From Promethearchaeum syntrophicum (GTDB taxonomy: Archaea > Asgardarchaeota > Lokiarchaeia > Sigyniarchaeales > Promethearchaeaceae): DNA of 32,000 bases. How positions within the stretch are numbered: position 1 is the first letter of the stretch; each line of letters begins with the position of its first letter. The translations under genes were made by a program, and so were the position numbers. This document shows positions 27,751 through 32,000 of this stretch, in pieces. Below the pieces are notes generated by a model. That model saw only the letters and a program-made list of their open reading frames with translations, was not told where the DNA came from and did no database searches. The stretch covers positions 2,310,001 to 2,342,000 of the forward strand of contig NZ_CP042905.2 of assembly GCF_008000775.2 (NCBI RefSeq), written 5' to 3'.

Positions 27751-30645
27751 CTATTTATTCTCAATATCTTTAAAACTTTCTTCGATTTCTTGATATAATG
27801 AATCAATTAATCCAATAGGTATATTTAATGCTCTAAACCACGCTTCATCTAATTTTCTTAGACTATTCTCTTTATTCCTACGGGCTCCTTTAACCAGTTC
27901 TACTATATTAGGTCTTTCTTTCAGAGTTTTTCTTGTATTATGAATATTGGATGTTCTAATAATTTCGTTGAAATTTACTTCATCTTTTACAATTTTGGGA
28001 AAATCTGGAAAACGAAATTTTAAAAACAGATCGATTTGATATACTAAAACAAATTCAGCTCGTCTTTTTCGTGATTTTTCAACAACATCTAAAATAAAAA
28101 GTGAACTTGTTAAATAACTAAAAAATAAATCATCCATTTGACTATTACATCCCCTAAAACCTATTCGTATCATCATGGTGCCATTTTTTGGAGGTACAAA
28201 CTTTAAAGCAATAGATTTTGTGCTTTTAAAGTCAATTTTTTTGACAATCCCAATAGAAACCTTTGCTGGAGAGTGCATTGAATGCGAAGGTCCGAATAAT
28301 TTTGCCAAATGCGCTTTTTGACCCCAAGAAAAGTATTTTTTCATCTTTGGATGCTTTTCATGAAATAAAAAGAAATTCACCAATTCATTTGTATTAACTA
28401 CAGGAAAATATTCTCGGTAATTTTTTAAAGTTCGAGAAATTGCTGGTTTATAAACTTCAATAGGTAAATGTAAAAACTGAGGTGTATTTCCATCTGTGCT
28501 GATTACGGTATTTTTTGACGTAGCTTTTATAGTTATTTTGTCCTCTGTAATTTGAGAAATATCCCAATATTTATTTGGTAAAAACCAATAATCAACAGGT
28601 CTTGAAGCATTTTCAGTCACAACCGTAATACTCTGGCTTAAATCATTTTTATAATTCTCTTTATCAAGCGGATTTAATTTCTTTAAATTTAATGGAATGA
28701 AATTAGAATACAAAAGAAGCATCATCTTACTTGGTTGAAGATTCCACATTATACAAGATACACTTTTTACTTTTTCTTGTGGTATGTTCTGGATTAGAAA
28801 ATCTTTGGTTCTTAATAACGGCGCATCAGTTGCATCCCATGAATTTACCAAGCCATTTATATCTTTCTTACTTAGGATTCCAAATAATTTTATGAATCTA
28901 GCACATTTATCGTAATTTTTTTGTAAGATTATAATAATTTCATGGTCATCTGAATCTGAAAAGGATTCGTCTAAGTCCGAAGCTTCAATTAAATATTTAA
29001 TCCCAAATTCATTTTCTAAGATTGTTTTCCAAACATCCACCATATTAACAGTATTTATGGCACCAACTGGTAAAATGAATGCAAGTATACCATTTTCTTT
29101 TTTTACAAATTGAGGTAAAATTAAGATGAAGAAGGCATACAAATTTATGCTTGAAAAATTCAATTTTAAATTATTATTTTTTACTACATCTAAATTCAAT
29201 AGTTTTTTTCTGTAATTGGGTGTTAACCTCGAACCTCTTGTAAAAGGCGGGTTAGCTATTAGCACATCAATGCTATGGTTTAATTTTTTATAAACAGGTT
29301 TAACTAATTTTCGCTCATTTGCAGTTATTTTCACGATTGGAAAGAAACGTTCTATTCCTGAAACCAATGAGAAAACATCATGAGGATAAATGTAAACTTT
29401 ATTTGTCCATTTTGAAGGGTTTTGAATTGCTAGATTTACCGTCGTCATCATAGCAGCGATATCAGAGATATCCGAACCCCTAATATCATCTAAAAGTTTT
29501 TTGTGTTGTTTTAATTTCAATTCTTTTTTTCTATGATAAGCCTTTACTAGTAAGGTTCCAGATCCACAAGCAGGATCGTAAATTTTACTGCCTTTATCAT
29601 TTATTGCAAGCCTACATAATAATTCGGCAGCTTCATTTCTTGTATAGTAAGCTGCAAATTTCTTTCGTGTTTCAAATGGCATCAAACGTTGAAAAATTTG
29701 TCCAATTAAGTCATTTTCAATTACATATTTGCTTGAAATTCCTTCTAAATCAAAGATAATTTTTTGAAGTACATCTGAAGCATCATCCTCAAGGTAAGAA
29801 AAAACTTCTCGACTTTTTCCAAAGATTGAAGTGAAATTTAAATTATTATTTGGAATATCTTCAATAATTTCTTGGATTTGGGAGGGTATTCCATTTGATG
29901 TACTCAAAGGTCTCAAACGGGGTATTTTAAGACCGTTTTCAATACGGTACATCCGCAATACAATATAAAAAAGGAGTTGTGTTATTGCAATATAAGCTGC
30001 TGTTCTTTGAAAAAATGAATACCTATCTTTTAATTCTTGCTCGGTTAATTCTTTCTTTTTTGCAATTTTCTCTTGTTCATCATTCAGCCGTAAATGTTTT
30101 TCCCATTCTTCCCCGGGTATTTTTACAGTAAAACGAATTAACGAATCAATATAATTTTCAAGATCTTTTAAGATCTCTTCAGGTTCCTTCAATAATATTA
30201 AACCAGTGTAGTTCTCTATCTTTTTGGAGATAAATTCTGCCATTTTATGAAATGAATTGAATAAATGAACTTCAGAATTCTTAACGGTATATGTTGGCGT
30301 ATATTCATAAAAAATAAGATCTTCATAGTTAGTAACAAATCCGATTTTACAATTCAGTTCCTTACAATATTTCTTTAGTTGTAACTCGTCTTGTTCTAAA
30401 TTGCCCTTTCCTTTAATTTTTGTTTCAATTATTGCTGAAACCGCGTCTTTATTATCCCAAACTATCCTATTTTTGTCTAGCTCAATTTGGATCAGTTCAG
30501 TTTTGAATATAACAATATCTTCCTGAAAATGTTTTTTTTGAAATATTAACTCTTGAAAGACTCTAAATTGAATGCCTAATCTACTTTTCAAGAAATCTAT
30601 TAGCTCAGGGCGGTCTGTATGTTCTGACATTTTCAGATTTGGCAT
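27751..30645 (-). CDS. N6-adenine DNA methyltransferase with N-terminal putative nuclease domain (type IIG-like restriction-modification)
   Basis: MTase motifs IYDPACGSGTLLVKAY and DVLIANPPFTRG, preceded by FAAYYTRNEAAELL. The N-terminal segment IELDKNRIVWDNKDAVSAIIETKIKGKGNLEQDELQLKKYCKELNCKIGFVTN fits a PD-(D/E)xK-type core. Long C-terminus fits a target-recognition domain. Confidence 0.8.
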   Translation of the reverse strand: MPNLKMSEHTDRPELIDFLKSRLGIQFRVFQELIFQKKHFQEDIVIFKTELIQIELDKNRIVWDNKDAVSAIIETKIKGKGNLEQDELQLKKYCKELNCKIGFVTNYEDLIFYEYTPTYTVKNSEVHLFNSFHKMAEFISKKIENYTGLILLKEPEEILKDLENYIDSLIRFTVKIPGEEWEKHLRLNDEQEKIAKKKELTEQELKDRYSFFQRTAAYIAITQLLFYIVLRMYRIENGLKIPRLRPLSTSNGIPSQIQEIIEDIPNNNLNFTSIFGKSREVFSYLEDDASDVLQKIIFDLEGISSKYVIENDLIGQIFQRLMPFETRKKFAAYYTRNEAAELLCRLAINDKGSKIYDPACGSGTLLVKAYHRKKELKLKQHKKLLDDIRGSDISDIAAMMTTVNLAIQNPSKWTNKVYIYPHDVFSLVSGIERFFPIVKITANERKLVKPVYKKLNHSIDVLIANPPFTRGSRLTPNYRKKLLNLDVVKNNNLKLNFSSINLYAFFILILPQFVKKENGILAFILPVGAINTVNMVDVWKTILENEFGIKYLIEASDLDESFSDSDDHEIIIILQKNYDKCARFIKLFGILSKKDINGLVNSWDATDAPLLRTKDFLIQNIPQEKVKSVSCIMWNLQPSKMMLLLYSNFIPLNLKKLNPLDKENYKNDLSQSITVVTENASRPVDYWFLPNKYWDISQITEDKITIKATSKNTVISTDGNTPQFLHLPIEVYKPAISRTLKNYREYFPVVNTNELVNFFLFHEKHPKMKKYFSWGQKAHLAKLFGPSHSMHSPAKVSIGIVKKIDFKSTKSIALKFVPPKNGTMMIRIGFRGCNSQMDDLFFSYLTSSLFILDVVEKSRKRRAEFVLVYQIDLFLKFRFPDFPKIVKDEVNFNEIIRTSNIHNTRKTLKERPNIVELVKGARRNKENSLRKLDEAWFRALNIPIGLIDSLYQEIEESFKDIENK

Positions 30646-31004
30646 GTTTTTAAACCACTATAATGAAGTTTTTTGTATAAATCAGAAGTAATTAATGAAT
30701 CTTCTTTTTTAATACTTTAATTATCTCTTTGTTATCAATCTTTTCCAAAAAATCTTAAGTTTCATGATGTGAACTTTGGTTATCTATTAACTCGAGGTTA
30801 TACCAAAGTAAACTATATTACTCAGTTAAAGAATGAAAACATTGAAATAGATAAATTAGAACTTTCAACTTTGTAATGACTAAAACCTAATCGCTAACCA
30901 AATCATTATGTTATGACTCTCGAAAACCAAAATGATTGGAATTAAACCTATAGATCAGATTAATAATTAGATTCTAATATTCAAAAGTAAGTAATTAATT
31001 TATA

Positions 31005-31318
31005 ATGACATTCTTTGAAGTTTTGACTGTAGTCGGGTTTTTATTGATTTAATTGGATTTATTTATTTAATTATCACTATTTTAAGAAAAACAAAGCAAA
31101 TTGAAGATAGAATCTTGAAATTGGAAGAAATAAGATTAGACTATGAAAAATCCATAGAAAGAATAAAAGCAGATGTAGAAAAATCGAAACATTCAGATAA
31201 TATAGACCTACAAAAAGTTTTTGCGAGGAAATTTGCAGAAATATCAATTCCAGATTTAATTAAATTGATTAAAGATGAAGATGTGCGAACCTTCCTTGAG
31301 AAAAGTAAGAAAAAATAA
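31005..31318 (+). pseudogene. Small TM + coiled-coil protein gene with an apparent 1-nt frameshift
   Basis: ATG at 31005 gives MTFFEVLTVVGFLLI*. Adding one T to the T5 run at 31038-31042 gives MTFFEVLTVVGFFIDLIGFIYLIITILRKTKQIEDRILKLEEIRLDYEKS..., joining the track ORF 31115-31318, which itself starts at TTG. Confidence 0.5.
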
Positions 31319-31439
31319 TATTCTATTGGAATATCTATAAACTGGTGGTCCTATTCGCGATTACCTTTCCCATGTTATCTTATTGATTTATTTGATTATT
31401 TTTTTCAATTTCATCTCTTTTATTAAAAGAAAATATAAA

Positions 31440-31919
31440 TCACCTTCCAACATCACGTGCGGCTTCTTCAATCCAAGATCCAATATTATATTTTCCCTTA
31501 TCATCAAACCAATCATAAATTGGAACATGATCTGATAAAGGTTGATTATAATCATCATAAACATATTCAAAAGGATTATTTCCCTTTGTATCCCTTTTTC
31601 TATATTTATTTCGCAATTTGTGGATATAAATGCCCAACAATGCATTATTTTTGAGATAACTTTGTTTAATTTCATATTTAATCCATCTTCTATAAGACGT
31701 TTCTTGCCCAATTAAAACTACGGTCACTGAAGTTCCATGAAGAGTTTGATTTATTAGTTTTTTTATTTCTTGATCATTAAAAGTAGGATGATTTTCTTCG
31801 ATCGAACCATCCCAAAAACCAGCAGCTTCTCTTGTTTCAGCATAGTACCAAGAACTTTTGATATATCTTGCTCTCCAAATATCTCTTTGATAATGAAAAC
31901 TAAAAAAAACTACCCTCAT
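31440..31919 (-). CDS. TIR-like DUF1863 / Thoeris ThsB-family protein
   Basis: MRVVFFSFHYQRDIWRARYIKSSWYY...AAGFWDGSIEE...DQEIKKLINQTLHGTSVTVVLIGQETSYRRWIKYEIKQSYLKNNALLGIYIHKLRNK closely follows the ThsB/DUF1863 pattern VFFSFHY..D..R...VR..W......aAGf.D.SlwE.......IK.LI...L..TSVT.VLIG..T..RrWV.YEI..S...gN.llGI.I. Confidence 0.85.
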   Translation of the reverse strand: MRVVFFSFHYQRDIWRARYIKSSWYYAETREAAGFWDGSIEENHPTFNDQEIKKLINQTLHGTSVTVVLIGQETSYRRWIKYEIKQSYLKNNALLGIYIHKLRNKYRKRDTKGNNPFEYVYDDYNQPLSDHVPIYDWFDDKGKYNIGSWIEEAARDVGR

Positions 31920-32000
31920 AATGTTGAATCATTCCATTTTTTTGATTTTTTGTCTGTTTGATTTAGTTAATTTAAGTTAAAAAATCTAAAAGAAAATAAC

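Noticed and set aside
31388-31961. ORFs 31388-31711 (-), 31457-31654 (+), 31770-31961 (+)
   Set aside because: Overlap the strongly supported ThsB-like gene in other frames.
1-32000. CRISPR arrays and tRNA/rRNA genes
   Set aside because: I looked for regularly spaced repeats and tRNA-like cloverleaf cues in the intergenic regions and saw none; a computational scan would be needed to exclude a tRNA firmly.

Overview
This is an AT-rich 32 kb window, probably archaeal. An Asgard archaeon is plausible from gene style, but the host cannot be determined from sequence alone. It reads as a dense defence/conflict island with almost no housekeeping genes. Supported contents: (i) an RNase III-like fragment at the left edge (absent from the ORF track); (ii) a NACHT/STAND ATPase fused to leucine-rich repeats (626-3877), i.e. 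NLR-like; (iii) a TIR-LRR-zinc ribbon protein (4765-5916) followed by a decayed tandem copy of its LRR/zinc-ribbon half; (iv) a RelE/ParE-like toxin divergent from an ORF with an antitoxin-like C-terminus; (v) a C-terminal HEPN protein (7701-9146); (vi) a tiny LEA/SMP-like ORF not in the track (about 9184-9315, minus); (vii) a giant 1972-aa STAND ATPase (9440-15358); (viii) an Smr-like ORF divergent from a ribbon-helix-helix regulator, with a striking 35-bp palindrome between them; (ix) an overlapping gene pair, putative PD-(D/E)xK protein plus DUF4145/HEPN-like protein; (x) a GmrSD-type DUF262/DUF1524 enzyme; (xi) a third LRR protein; (xii) an IS110-family element with a structured non-coding leader (candidate bridge RNA); (xiii) a wHTH/double treble-clef protein coupled to a PD-(D/E)xK-like nuclease; (xiv) a small HNH protein; (xv) a single-chain restriction-modification-like N6-methyltransferase; (xvi) a ThsB/DUF1863-type TIR-like protein at the right edge. 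The best candidates for an undescribed system are the NACHT-LRR / TIR-LRR-ZnR neighbourhood, the HEPN / giant STAND pair, and the PDDEXK-HEPN and wHTH-ZnF-PDDEXK two-gene cassettes. All family calls come from motif reading without database searches.
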